Of a DNA stretch of 64,000 nt, positions 33,686 to 43,366 are shown in pieces. The DNA lies in NCBI RefSeq assembly GCF_041910485.1, contig NZ_JAYRQR010000034.1:9113-73112 (forward strand). The letters run 5' to 3'. The position numbers and the translations under genes are program-made. This DNA is from Dongia sp. Its GTDB lineage: Bacteria > Pseudomonadota > Alphaproteobacteria > Dongiales > Dongiaceae. A model generated the notes under the pieces. The model was given only the letters and a program-made list of their open reading frames with translations. It made no database searches and was not told where the DNA came from. Position 1 is the first letter of the stretch. The number at the start of each line of letters is the position of its first letter.

Positions 33686-34564
33686 ATGGAATGGCTGAAC
33701 GAGATCGCTAAGTGGATTTCCGCGCGCGAGCACCGACTTCCGATCGGCGACTATGTGAAAAGCATCGTCGAATACCTGACGACGAACTACGATTCTGTCT
33801 TCGATTCATTCACCAAGATTTTCGAGGCCATCATTGAAGGGACATCCGACCTTCTGATCGGCATCCCGGCCCTGCTGCTGATCGCCCTGATCGCCGGGCT
33901 GGCCTACTATCTGCAGCGCAGCTGGAAGCTGGTGATCTTCGCCGTACTCGGCCTGCTGCTGACCCTCAACTTCAATCTGTGGAACCTCACCGTCCAGACC
34001 TTCGTCCTGGTGATCTATTCCACGGTCGTCTCGCTGATGATCGGTGTGCCGATCGGCATCATCGCCGCGCGTAGGCCTGCCTTCTATCAATTCATCAGCC
34101 CGATCCTCGATCTGATGCAGACGTTGCCGACCTTCGTCTATCTCGTGCCGGTGTTGAGCTTCTTCGGCCTCGGTGTCGTGCCGGCGCTCGTCGCCACGGT
34201 GATTTTCGTCGTCCCGTCGCCCATCCGCTTGACCTACCTCGGCATCAGTCAGGTTTCCAAACCGCTGGTCGAAGCAGGCGAGAGCTTCGGCTGCACGCGC
34301 TGGCAGCTTCTCACCAAGGTCAAGCTGCCGGCCGCCATGCCGACCATCATGGCGGGCGTAAACCAGACCATCATGCTGTCGCTCTCGATGGTCGTCATCG
34401 CGGCCCTGGTCGGTGCGTCGAGCCTCGGCAAGCCGGTGGTCCTTGCGCTTAACCAGCGCAACGTGCCTTTGAGCGTCGAATCCGGTCTTGGCATCGTCAT
34501 CGTTGCGATCCTGCTCGACCGCATCATGAAGCAGCGGCGCCAGACGCCGCAGCGGAAGTCGTGA
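33686..34564 (+). CDS. choW: choline/betaine ABC transporter permease
   Basis: 292 aa, multi-TM, with an EAA-type loop VEAGESFGCTRWQLL. Confidence 0.85.
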   Translation: MEWLNEIAKWISAREHRLPIGDYVKSIVEYLTTNYDSVFDSFTKIFEAIIEGTSDLLIGIPALLLIALIAGLAYYLQRSWKLVIFAVLGLLLTLNFNLWNLTVQTFVLVIYSTVVSLMIGVPIGIIAARRPAFYQFISPILDLMQTLPTFVYLVPVLSFFGLGVVPALVATVIFVVPSPIRLTYLGISQVSKPLVEAGESFGCTRWQLLTKVKLPAAMPTIMAGVNQTIMLSLSMVVIAALVGASSLGKPVVLALNQRNVPLSVESGLGIVIVAILLDRIMKQRRQTPQRKS

Positions 34565-34577
34565 GCGGGGGCCTAGT

Positions 34578-35819
34578 ATGAGCAATATCAACGCCGTCCG
34601 CTTTGAAAACGTCGACGTCATCTTCGGCGACCGCAGCAAGGAAGCGCTCCAGCTTCTCGATCAGGGCGAGGGGCGCGACAGCATCCTCGACAAGACCGGT
34701 TCGCTCGTTGCCGTCCATGATGCCTCGCTCTTCGTGAATGAGGGCGAGATTCTGGTGATGATGGGCCTGTCCGGCTCCGGCAAATCGTCACTCCTGCGCT
34801 GCGTCAACGGCCTCAACCAGGTCACGCGTGGCAAGGTCATGGTGCACACCGAGAAAGGCGAGGTGGATGTCGCCTCCTGTTCGGAGGAGACCTTGCGCCA
34901 GATCCGCCGCAAGCGGGTCTCGATGGTGTTCCAGCAATTCGCGCTGATGCCGTGGCTGACGGTCCGCGACAATGTCGGCTTCGGCCTGGATATCCGCGGC
35001 ATGTCGAAGGCCGAGCGCGACCGGATCGTCGACGAGAAGATCGCCCTGGTGCGCCTCGATAAGTTTGCCGACAAATTCCCGCACGAGCTTTCCGGCGGCA
35101 TGCAGCAGCGCGTGGGCCTTGCGCGGTCGTTTGCGACCGAGGCCGACATTCTGCTGATGGACGAGCCGTTCTCGGCACTCGATCCGCTCATTCGCGAGCA
35201 TCTGCAGGACGAACTCATCGAACTGCAGCGAAAGCTCAAGAAGACCATCGTCTTCGTCAGCCACGATCTTGACGAGGCGCTGAAGATCGGCACCCGCATC
35301 GCCATCATGGAAGCGGGCAGGGTGGTGCAGTTCGCCGTGCCGGAGGAGATCATCCTCAACCCGGTCAACGATTGTGTCCGACAGTTCGTGGCGTCGATGA
35401 ATCCGCTGACCGTCCTCAAAGGCGGCACGTTGATGCGGCCGGCGGGCGAGCTGGTGCGCGAGCCGGGGTCGAGCTTCATTCAACTGGATCGGGCCGGTCG
35501 CTGCCGCTGCCAACTCGACGAGGCGGGGAAGCCCACCAATCTCATCGTCAACGGACGGCCGGGCCAGTTCGTGGAATATTCCAGCGATCTTGATCTTGCC
35601 GCGATTGCCGAGAGCAACGTCATGGTGACGGGTCTCGACCGCACGCCGATGCGTGCGGCTGTGACGGTGCGCCAGCAGACCAAGCGCCCAATGGTGCTCC
35701 TTGGCGACGACGGGGCGCTGCTCGGCGTCGTCGGCGAGCACGAGATTTATCGTGGTATGCTCCGGCAGACGGAATATGCCAAGATAGGCGGGTCTCCACC
35801 CGACAAGGCCGTCGTCTAA
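34578..35819 (+). CDS. choV: choline/betaine ABC transporter ATPase with a C-terminal CBS-like region
   Basis: Walker A GLSGSGKSS, signature LSGGMQQRVGLAR and Walker B ILLMDEPFSALD. Confidence 0.9.
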   Translation: MSNINAVRFENVDVIFGDRSKEALQLLDQGEGRDSILDKTGSLVAVHDASLFVNEGEILVMMGLSGSGKSSLLRCVNGLNQVTRGKVMVHTEKGEVDVASCSEETLRQIRRKRVSMVFQQFALMPWLTVRDNVGFGLDIRGMSKAERDRIVDEKIALVRLDKFADKFPHELSGGMQQRVGLARSFATEADILLMDEPFSALDPLIREHLQDELIELQRKLKKTIVFVSHDLDEALKIGTRIAIMEAGRVVQFAVPEEIILNPVNDCVRQFVASMNPLTVLKGGTLMRPAGELVREPGSSFIQLDRAGRCRCQLDEAGKPTNLIVNGRPGQFVEYSSDLDLAAIAESNVMVTGLDRTPMRAAVTVRQQTKRPMVLLGDDGALLGVVGEHEIYRGMLRQTEYAKIGGSPPDKAVV

Positions 35820-35822
35820 ATC

Positions 35823-36536
35823 ATGCCCGAAATTTCCGATGCCATTCACGCCATCCTGTTCGACAAGGATGGGACTTTGTTCGACTTCTACAAGACGTGG
35901 GGGCCGGTCACGGAAGAGGCGGCCCTGCTCGTCGCCAAGGGCGATCCGGCGAAGGCGCGGCATATTCTCAAGGGCAGCGGCAAAGATCTCGATACGGGCA
36001 AGTACATTCCCGGCTCGCCGATCGCCTCGGGCAGCAACCGCGAGATTTCGGATCTCTGGGCGGATCTTGCCGGCCGCACCGACTATGACGTCGTCTATGA
36101 GGAAGTGCACAAGCTCTTCCTGAAGCGGCAGGCGACGGCGGCAACGCCGGTGACCGATCTCGATCTGCTGTTCGGGCGGCTCCGCGCGCGCGGCTTGTCG
36201 CTCGGTGTGGCGACGATGGACAGCGAAGAGTCCGCCCGCGCCTCAATGGCCCGCTTCGGCGTTCACGGCTCGCTCGATTTCATCTGCGGCTTTGATACCG
36301 GCCACGGCGTGAAGCCTGGTGGTGGCATGGTTGAGGCTTTCGCGCGGCACGTCAATCTGCGTCCGGCGATGGTCGCCGTGGTGGGTGACAGCCCGCACGA
36401 CATGGCGATGGCACGGGCCGGTGGTGCGGGGAAGGCGATCGGTGTCTTGACCGGTGTCAGCCACCGCGAGCATCTGATGGATCACGGCGCCCATATCGTG
36501 ATCGAGAGCATCGCTGAACTGGAAGCGATCCTCTAG
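35823..36536 (+). CDS. HAD-IA family phosphatase
   Basis: 237 aa with ILFDKDGTL and VGDSPHDMAM. It starts 3 nt after the choV stop. Confidence 0.8.
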   Translation: MPEISDAIHAILFDKDGTLFDFYKTWGPVTEEAALLVAKGDPAKARHILKGSGKDLDTGKYIPGSPIASGSNREISDLWADLAGRTDYDVVYEEVHKLFLKRQATAATPVTDLDLLFGRLRARGLSLGVATMDSEESARASMARFGVHGSLDFICGFDTGHGVKPGGGMVEAFARHVNLRPAMVAVVGDSPHDMAMARAGGAGKAIGVLTGVSHREHLMDHGAHIVIESIAELEAIL

Positions 36537-36546
36537 CCCACGCCCC

Positions 36547-37728
36547 TCAGTCGAGGGTGATGACCTTGATCTTCTTGCCGGCGGTGGTGAGCGCCAGCTT
36601 GCCGTGCTTCAGCTTCAGGGCCTCTTCGCCGAAGATTTCGCGCCGCCAGCCTTTCAAGGCCTGGATGTCGGCGTGATCGTCGGCGGCGAGGGCCTCGAGA
36701 TCCCCTGAATTGGCGATGAGCTTCTGCGCGACCTCGTTCTCGTCGCAATGGAACTTCAATAGCACGCGCAGCAATTCGATGATGGGGCCGAGGCCCGGGG
36801 GAATGTCGGGTCTTGGATCGAGGCGCGGCGCCTCGCTTTCGGGGATTTCGAGCCCGCGCTTCACGGCGGCGAGTACCCCGTCGCCGAGCTTCCCCTCGGC
36901 GAAGCTGCGCGAAAGACCGCGGCAGCGGGAAAGCGCGTCGACATCCTTGGGCGGATGGGCTGCGATCTCCAGCAGCGTCTCGTCCTTCACCAGCCGGTTG
37001 CGGGGCAGGTCGCGGGCCTGGGCCTCGCGCTCGCGCCAGGCGGCCACTTCCTTGAGGACGGCCAGGAACCGCGGCTTGTCGCTGCGGGTCTTCAGGCGCA
37101 TCCAGGCGTTTTCCGGATTGGCCCGATAGGTATTGGGGTCGGTGAGGATCGCCATCTCATCCGCAACCCAATGCGCCCGGCCCGATTTCTCGACCTTGGC
37201 GTGGAGCTTTTCATAGACGGTCCGAAGATAGGTCACGTCCGAAAGCGCGTAGGAGAGCTGCTTCTCGGTCAGCGGCCGGTGCGACCAGTCGGTAAAGCGG
37301 GAGGATTTGTCGATCCGGGCGCCGGCGAGCTTGGTGGCCAGCGTCTCGTAGCTCGCCGCATCGCCGAAGCCGCAGACCATCGCGACCACCTGGGTATCGA
37401 CGATTGGGGTCGGGACTTTCCCCGTCATGCGGACAAAGATTTCCACATCCTGCCTCGCCGCGTGGAAGACCTTGGTCACCTTCTCATTGGCCAGAAGCTC
37501 AAAAAGAGAAGATAAATCAATGCCATCGGCCAAGGCATCGATGGCGGCGGCCTCATTGGGACCAGCCAACTGCACCAGGCACAGGACCGGCCAATAGGTC
37601 TTGTCCCGCAGAAACTCGGTGTCGATGGTGATATAGGGCGCCGACGACAACCGTTGGCAAAAAGCGGCCAAAGTGGCGGTATCGGCAATGACGGTGGGGA
37701 GTGGCTTCGCTGTGACCATGTTCATCAA
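36547..37728 (-). CDS. rnd: ribonuclease D
   Basis: 393 aa with the DEDD exonuclease motif ITIDTEFLRD, FHAARQD, ALSDVTYL and an HRDC-like C-terminus. Confidence 0.88.
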   Translation of the reverse strand: MMNMVTAKPLPTVIADTATLAAFCQRLSSAPYITIDTEFLRDKTYWPVLCLVQLAGPNEAAAIDALADGIDLSSLFELLANEKVTKVFHAARQDVEIFVRMTGKVPTPIVDTQVVAMVCGFGDAASYETLATKLAGARIDKSSRFTDWSHRPLTEKQLSYALSDVTYLRTVYEKLHAKVEKSGRAHWVADEMAILTDPNTYRANPENAWMRLKTRSDKPRFLAVLKEVAAWREREAQARDLPRNRLVKDETLLEIAAHPPKDVDALSRCRGLSRSFAEGKLGDGVLAAVKRGLEIPESEAPRLDPRPDIPPGLGPIIELLRVLLKFHCDENEVAQKLIANSGDLEALAADDHADIQALKGWRREIFGEEALKLKHGKLALTTAGKKIKVITLD

Positions 37729-37902
37729 GGTAAGCTATAGCGAGGCCACCCGAGTCAAGGGAAGCGCCTCGTTTGCAATGCGGGAATGCTCGACGAGAAC
37801 CTGCTGAAACCCTTGACAATCCGCCGCTTTCCGCGTCTTTTGCGGCCCTGATCCGAAGACCCAACCTCGCTAAAACGCGTCTGTTTTCAAGGACTTCCCA
37901 AG

Positions 37903-39684
37903 ATGCATGCCTATCGCTCCCATACCTGCGGCCAATTGCGTGCCAAAGACACGGGTGAGACCGTCCGCCTGTCCGGCTGGATCCACCGCAAGCGCGACCA
38001 TGGGAACCTGGTCTTCATCGATCTCCGCGACCATTACGGCCTGACCCAGTGCGTGCTGGATATCTCGAACCCGATCTTCAAGCAGGTCGAACAGACGCGC
38101 CTCGAGAGCGTCGTCACCGTGACCGGCAAGGTTGTGGCGCGCACGGCTGAGACGAAGAACCCGCGCATGCCGACGGGCGAGATCGAAGTCGTGATCCAGG
38201 ATTACGCCGTCCAGGGTACCGCCGAGGTGCTGCCGCTGCAGGTCAACAGCGACGAGGATTACAGCGAGGAAATCCGCCTCACCAACCGCTTCCTGGATCT
38301 CCGCCGCGACAAGGTCCACCGCAACATCGTGCTGCGCGCCAACGTCATCGCGAGCCTCCGCCGCCGCATGATCGCGCAAGGCTTCACCGAGTTCCAGACG
38401 CCGATCCTCACCTCGTCCTCGCCGGAAGGGGCGCGCGACTTCCTGGTGCCGTCGCGCCTGCATCCCGGCAAGTTCTACGCGCTGCCGCAGGCGCCGCAGC
38501 AGTTCAAGCAGCTCCTCATGGTGGCGGGCTTCGACCGCTATTTCCAGATCGCGCCCTGCTTCCGCGACGAGGACAGCCGCGCCGACCGTAGCCCTGGCGA
38601 GTTCTACCAGCTCGATTTCGAAATGTCGTTCGTGACCCAGGAAGACGTCTTCCAGGCGATCGAACCGGTGCTGCATGGCGTGTTCGAGGAATTCGCCGAG
38701 GACCGCGTCGTTTCGGCGATGCCGTTCCCGCAGATTCCCTATGAGGAATCCATGCTGCGCTACGGCTCCGACAAGCCGGATTTGCGCAACCCAATCCGCA
38801 TCACCGATGTAACGGAAGTTTTCCGCGGTTCCGGCTTCGGCATCTTCGCGAAGGCCGTCGAGGGCGGCTCGGTCGTCCGCGCCATTCCGGCGCCGGGTGC
38901 GGCTGCAAAGCCCCGCTCGTTCTTCGACAAGCTCAACGATTGGGCGAAGGCGGGCGGTGCTGCCGGTCTCGGCTACGTCATCTTCGAAGCGGCCGGCGCC
39001 AAGGGCCCGATCGCCAAGAACCTCGACGAAGCGCGTTTGGCACAGTTGAAGGAACAGGCGGGTCTGAAGGATGGCGACGCTGTCTTCTTCTCCTGCGACA
39101 AGAAGCTCGCCGCTGCGAAGTTTGCGGGTTCGGTGCGCACGCGCCTGGGCGAGGAACTCGGCCTCATCGATCCGAAGAAGTTCGAATTCTGCTGGATCGT
39201 CGACTTCCCGATGTACGAGCTCAACGAAGACACCGGCCAGATCGAATTCAGCCACAACCCGTTCTCGATGCCGCAGGGTGGCTTGGAAGCGCTCCTCACC
39301 AAGGATCCGCTCACCATCAACGCCTTCCAGTACGACATCGTTTGCAACGGCATCGAATTGTCGTCGGGCGCCATCCGTAACCACCGCCCGGACATCATGT
39401 ACAAGGCGTTCGAGATCGCCGGCTATCCGGCCTCGGTGGTCGAGGAAAAATTCGGCGGCATGCTCAACGCATTCAAGTTCGGCGCGCCGCCGCACGGTGG
39501 CTCGGCACCGGGCATCGATCGTATCGTTATGTTGCTCGCCGAAGAGAAGAATATCCGCGAAGTCATTGCTTTCCCGCTCAATCAGCGCGCCGAGGATCTG
39601 CTGATGCAGGCACCGACCGAAGTGCCGGTGGCGCGGTTGAAGGAATTGAGCATTCGCCTCGATTTGCCTTTGACCAAAAAGTAG
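37903..39684 (+). CDS. aspS: aspartate--tRNA ligase
   Basis: 593 aa with class-II motifs [10 protein letters not shown] and [12 protein letters not shown]. Confidence 0.96.
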   Translation: MHAYRSHTCGQLRAKDTGETVRLSGWIHRKRDHGNLVFIDLRDHYGLTQCVLDISNPIFKQVEQTRLESVVTVTGKVVARTAETKNPRMPTGEIEVVIQDYAVQGTAEVLPLQVNSDEDYSEEIRLTNRFLDLRRDKVHRNIVLRANVIASLRRRMIAQGFTEFQTPILTSSSPEGARDFLVPSRLHPGKFYALPQAPQQFKQLLMVAGFDRYFQIAPCFRDEDSRADRSPGEFYQLDFEMSFVTQEDVFQAIEPVLHGVFEEFAEDRVVSAMPFPQIPYEESMLRYGSDKPDLRNPIRITDVTEVFRGSGFGIFAKAVEGGSVVRAIPAPGAAAKPRSFFDKLNDWAKAGGAAGLGYVIFEAAGAKGPIAKNLDEARLAQLKEQAGLKDGDAVFFSCDKKLAAAKFAGSVRTRLGEELGLIDPKKFEFCWIVDFPMYELNEDTGQIEFSHNPFSMPQGGLEALLTKDPLTINAFQYDIVCNGIELSSGAIRNHRPDIMYKAFEIAGYPASVVEEKFGGMLNAFKFGAPPHGGSAPGIDRIVMLLAEEKNIREVIAFPLNQRAEDLLMQAPTEVPVARLKELSIRLDLPLTKK

Positions 39685-39805
39685 GTCAGTATCCGGCCAA
39701 ATCCCGCGCTGCGGAGGCCCCACCGGACCCAAACCGGTGGGAAAAAGGGCCGGCAAATCAAACGCTGGCGGGCGCCGGTGATCGGACCAATATCCAGGGG
39801 AGCGG

Positions 39806-40843
39806 ATGTCCTTACCCTTCGATGACGGCTTCACCGTTCCGGCCGAATGGGCTGATCATGCCCGTTGCTGGATGGCGTGGCCGACCCGCGCGGAAAGCTG
39901 GGGCGAGCATCTGGACGCGGCGCGCGACTGCGTCGCGGAACTCGCCAATGCGGTGGCCGAGTTCGAGCCGGTTTCGATGATCGCCAAACCCAAGAATGTT
40001 GCCGAGGTTTCCTTGGTGACCGGCTCCGGCGTCAGCCAGGTCTCGATGAACCACGACGATTGCTGGATCCGCGACATGGGGCCAAGCTTCATTGCTGGCA
40101 AGGGCGGCGAGCTGGCCGGCGTTTACTGGCGATGGAATGCCTGGGGCCATCGGTTCGAGGAATTCGAGCGCGACGCGGCCGTCGCCGAAGCGATGCTCGA
40201 TCAACTCGGCATGCGCCGCTATCAGGGTGATCTGGTGCTCGAAGGCGGCGCCATCGGCACCGATGGCGAAGGCACGCTCATCACCAGCGAGAGCGTTCTG
40301 CTCAATCCCAACCGCAATCCGAACCTCACCAAGGAACAGGTCGAGGAACAGCTGATCCAGATGTTGGGCGTGCGGCACATCATCTGGCTGGGCGAAGGCT
40401 TGCAGGATGACATGCGCGGCGGCCAGGTCGAAAATTTGGCGCGCTTCATCCGCCCCGGTGTCGTGGTGGCGAACGCCTGCAGCGATCCGGCCGACCCGAA
40501 CCACAAGGTCTGCACCGACAATCTGCAGCGCCTGCGCCAGACGCGCGACGCCGCGGGTCGTGAGCTGGAGATCATCGAGATTGAGCAGCCCCGGCCACGC
40601 TTCGACACCGAAGGGCGTCGTCTGGCTCTTTCCTACGTCAATTTCTACATGGCCAACGGCGCGGTCATCATGCCGGCTTTCGAAGATGGGCCTGCCGACA
40701 AGCGCGCCTATGATATCGCCTCGCGCATCTTCCCCAAGCGCGAGATCGTGCAGCTGCCCTCCATCGAGCTCGCCTTCGGTGGCGGCGGCATCCATTCCAT
40801 CTGCCTGCCGCAACCGGCCGGCACCATCGCGAAACCGCTCTGA
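39806..40843 (+). CDS. aguA: agmatine deiminase family protein
   Basis: 345 aa with FTVPAEWADH, CWIRDMGP and the C-terminal catalytic motif GGGGIHSICL. Confidence 0.85.
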   Translation: MSLPFDDGFTVPAEWADHARCWMAWPTRAESWGEHLDAARDCVAELANAVAEFEPVSMIAKPKNVAEVSLVTGSGVSQVSMNHDDCWIRDMGPSFIAGKGGELAGVYWRWNAWGHRFEEFERDAAVAEAMLDQLGMRRYQGDLVLEGGAIGTDGEGTLITSESVLLNPNRNPNLTKEQVEEQLIQMLGVRHIIWLGEGLQDDMRGGQVENLARFIRPGVVVANACSDPADPNHKVCTDNLQRLRQTRDAAGRELEIIEIEQPRPRFDTEGRRLALSYVNFYMANGAVIMPAFEDGPADKRAYDIASRIFPKREIVQLPSIELAFGGGGIHSICLPQPAGTIAKPL

Positions 40844-40881
40844 CCGAGCCACGGAATATAGACGCGCAAGACCTCGTTGCG

Positions 40882-41481
40882 TTGATCGCCGCGCGGGTCG
40901 CGACCGTTCCACGCCTCATGGTCGGGATTGCCGGTCCACCCGGCGCCGGCAAGAGCACCCTTGCCGAAAGCCTCTGCACGCGTCTCAATGCCGATCTCGC
41001 CACGACGCCCGCCGCCATCGTGCCGATGGACGGTTTTCATTTCGATGATGCCGTCCTTGAGGCGCGCGGGCACCGCCCCCGCAAGGGCGCACCCCACACA
41101 TTCGATGTTGCGGGCTTCCATCATCTGCTGACGCGGCTGCGCGGGAATGAGCCGGAGGTGGCGCTGCCGGTCTTCGACCGCAGCCAAGAACTCGCCCGCG
41201 CTGGTGCCCGCATCGTAACGCCGGCACAGCGCATCCTGCTGGTCGAAGGAAATTACCTGCTGCTGAAACAGGATCCTTGGGCGAAGCTGAAGCCGCTCTT
41301 TGACCTCACGGTCTTCCTGCCCGTGCCGATTGGCGAACTGGAGCGCCGACACATCCAGCGCTGGCTCGGCTACGGCTTTACCCCAGAGGCCGCCGAAACG
41401 AAGGCCCGCAGCAACGACATCCCCAATGCCGAACTGGTCGTGCGGGACAGCGCGCCGGCGGATTTCAATCTGATCTACTGA
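40882..41481 (+). CDS. P-loop nucleoside/sugar kinase-like protein (uridine kinase/FrcK-like)
   Basis: Walker A GIAGPPGAGKST. The TTG start at 40882 is uncertain. Confidence 0.65.
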   Translation: MIAARVATVPRLMVGIAGPPGAGKSTLAESLCTRLNADLATTPAAIVPMDGFHFDDAVLEARGHRPRKGAPHTFDVAGFHHLLTRLRGNEPEVALPVFDRSQELARAGARIVTPAQRILLVEGNYLLLKQDPWAKLKPLFDLTVFLPVPIGELERRHIQRWLGYGFTPEAAETKARSNDIPNAELVVRDSAPADFNLIY

Positions 41482-42608
41482 TTACTGCGCAGGAAGGCCC
41501 GCATCGCAGCCAAGCCTTCCGGGACATAAGTGCGCCCGAAGCCGATGCGGAAGCGGTCGCTCGGTGTTGATGTCAGGTCCGAGGCGTAGAGGCTCGGTGG
41601 CAGCAGGACAATGCCGGCTTCCTCGACCAGCCGGCGGCAGAAGGTCTCGACACCGTCCTTGCCCAGATAGCGCGGGTAGGCGATGCAGCCGCCATCCGGG
41701 TGGCGCCAGTCGAAGAGATCCGGAAACTCGCCAAAGAAGGCATCGACCGCAACGAGGTTGCGCGCGATGAGGTCGCGGTTGCGGCCGATGATCTTGTCCG
41801 ATGCCTTGAGGGCGATGACGGCCAGATGCTCGCTGGGCCCGGCATTGCAGATGGAGAGGTAATGCTTCACGCGCTCCATTTTGTAGAGCAGGGCATGGTC
41901 CTTCGACGCGATCCAGCCCACGCGCAGGCCGGGCAGACCATAGGCCTTCGACATAACGCCGAGCGTCAGACCCTTCTCATAGGCTTCGATGGCGGAGGGA
42001 AGGCGGATCTCCGCAGACCGCTCAAGGCCGCGATAGACTTCATCCGAGAACAGCCAGATGCCGTGCTGGCGGCACAAGGCCACCAGTCCGTCGAAGGTTG
42101 CGCGGTCGATCACCTTGCCGGTCGGGTTGTGCGGGAAGTTGACGGCGATGAGCTTGGTGTTTGGGCGGATGGCGGCCTTCACCTTGTCCAAGTCGAGCGA
42201 CCAGTTGTTGTCGGGATCGAGGGCGACACCGCTCGTCGCGCACAGCGCCTTCGGCAGCTCCTCGCTCGATTGATAGTTGGGCGTCACCACGATGGCATGA
42301 TCGCTTTTGTCGAGCAGCGCATGCATCGCGCAGAAGATGCCTTCCTCGGCGCCGGCAAAGGCCAGGATGTCTTCCGGAACCACGCCCTGATAGGTGGCGG
42401 CGACCGCCGCGCGAAGGGCAGGGGTGCCGGTCGGCTCGATATAGTGGAGCGGCAGCTCGTCCCAGGCGGCGCGGTCTTCGGGCGTCGCCATCGCCAGCAA
42501 TTCCTGGAGGCTCAGGGTTTGCATGTCCGATGCCGTCATATGATAGCGGCAGGCGAACTCCCACTTGCCGAGATAGGTCTCCAGGCGGAAATCGGGCAGC
42601 ATGGTCAT
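41475..42608 (-). CDS. class I/II PLP-dependent aminotransferase
   Basis: Trimmed to the ATG at 42608 (MTMLPDFRLETYLGKWEF...). SKAYGLPGLRVGW contains the PLP lysine. The start overlaps the upstream stop (ATGA). Confidence 0.8.
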   Translation of the reverse strand: MTMLPDFRLETYLGKWEFACRYHMTASDMQTLSLQELLAMATPEDRAAWDELPLHYIEPTGTPALRAAVAATYQGVVPEDILAFAGAEEGIFCAMHALLDKSDHAIVVTPNYQSSEELPKALCATSGVALDPDNNWSLDLDKVKAAIRPNTKLIAVNFPHNPTGKVIDRATFDGLVALCRQHGIWLFSDEVYRGLERSAEIRLPSAIEAYEKGLTLGVMSKAYGLPGLRVGWIASKDHALLYKMERVKHYLSICNAGPSEHLAVIALKASDKIIGRNRDLIARNLVAVDAFFGEFPDLFDWRHPDGGCIAYPRYLGKDGVETFCRRLVEEAGIVLLPPSLYASDLTSTPSDRFRIGFGRTYVPEGLAAMRAFLRSNQ

Positions 42609-43249
42609 GGTGTTGTTTCCTTGAGACGGCGGGCATCGCCCAGCAAATTGTAGATAGTGGCGCGCGACACGCCCAGCGCATCGGCCACATGGAGCGCCGC
42701 GTTGCGGGTCGCAAAAAGATTCTGCGCATCGAGCGACGCCATCAACGCCACACGGTCGCTGCGATCGAGCGCCTTCAAAGTCAGCTGCTTCTCCTGCAGA
42801 AAGGCTCGGATGCCCAGATTGATCTGCTCGCGCCAATCCTGCGCGAAGATCGGCTCGGGGCGGGGCTGCTGGCTCTCGGTGAAGGCGCCGATCAGCGCCA
42901 TCGCTTTGTCGAACATGGCGAGATCGAAATTGATGCAGAGCAGCCCGACACGGCGGCCGGCCTCATCCTTCAGGATGGCGCTCACGGATTTCAGCCGGCC
43001 GCCATCGGGTGCCGCCTTTTCATAGGGGCCATAAACATCCCTCTCGCCGATCAATTCCGGATCGTCGCCGAGATGCGATGGATCGCCGATCTTGCGCTTG
43101 GAAAACGCATTCCAGATTCCCGCCACCCGGTCCGACCGCAGATCATGCACCACCACCTCCGCCTGGGGCGCCAGCAAGGCGGCAATGGCAGCGGCGGTTG
43201 GAAAATGCACGGCCAGACTGCCGGGCGCTTTGGGAAGGGTGCGGCTCAT
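42605..43249 (-). CDS. YheO/DauR-like regulator (PAS-like N-domain plus C-terminal HTH)
   Basis: 214 aa. The C-terminal HVADALGVSRATIYNLL is an HTH. It is coupled by an ATGA overlap to the aminotransferase. Confidence 0.65.
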   Translation of the reverse strand: MSRTLPKAPGSLAVHFPTAAAIAALLAPQAEVVVHDLRSDRVAGIWNAFSKRKIGDPSHLGDDPELIGERDVYGPYEKAAPDGGRLKSVSAILKDEAGRRVGLLCINFDLAMFDKAMALIGAFTESQQPRPEPIFAQDWREQINLGIRAFLQEKQLTLKALDRSDRVALMASLDAQNLFATRNAALHVADALGVSRATIYNLLGDARRLKETTP

Positions 43250-43330
43250 CTGGAGACATATGATCTAAAATAGACGAAGTGTCAAATTTGGATCTGGAGT
43301 GTTCTGCGTGCTGTCGTTCCGTAAATGTTC

Positions 43331-43360
43331 TTGACAAAACACTAGGAATGTTGTACTAAT
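43331..43360 (+). promoter_or_regulatory. orphan sigma70-like promoter facing the gene-free region
   Basis: TTGACA (43331-43336), 17 nt, then TACTAAT (43354-43360), in the only AT-rich patch of the gap. Confidence 0.45.
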
Positions 43361-43366
43361 AGAGCT

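Noticed and set aside
37870-39834. A 654-aa minus-strand ORF.
   Set aside because: It is antisense to aspS, which has class-II synthetase motifs, and its sequence is low-complexity.
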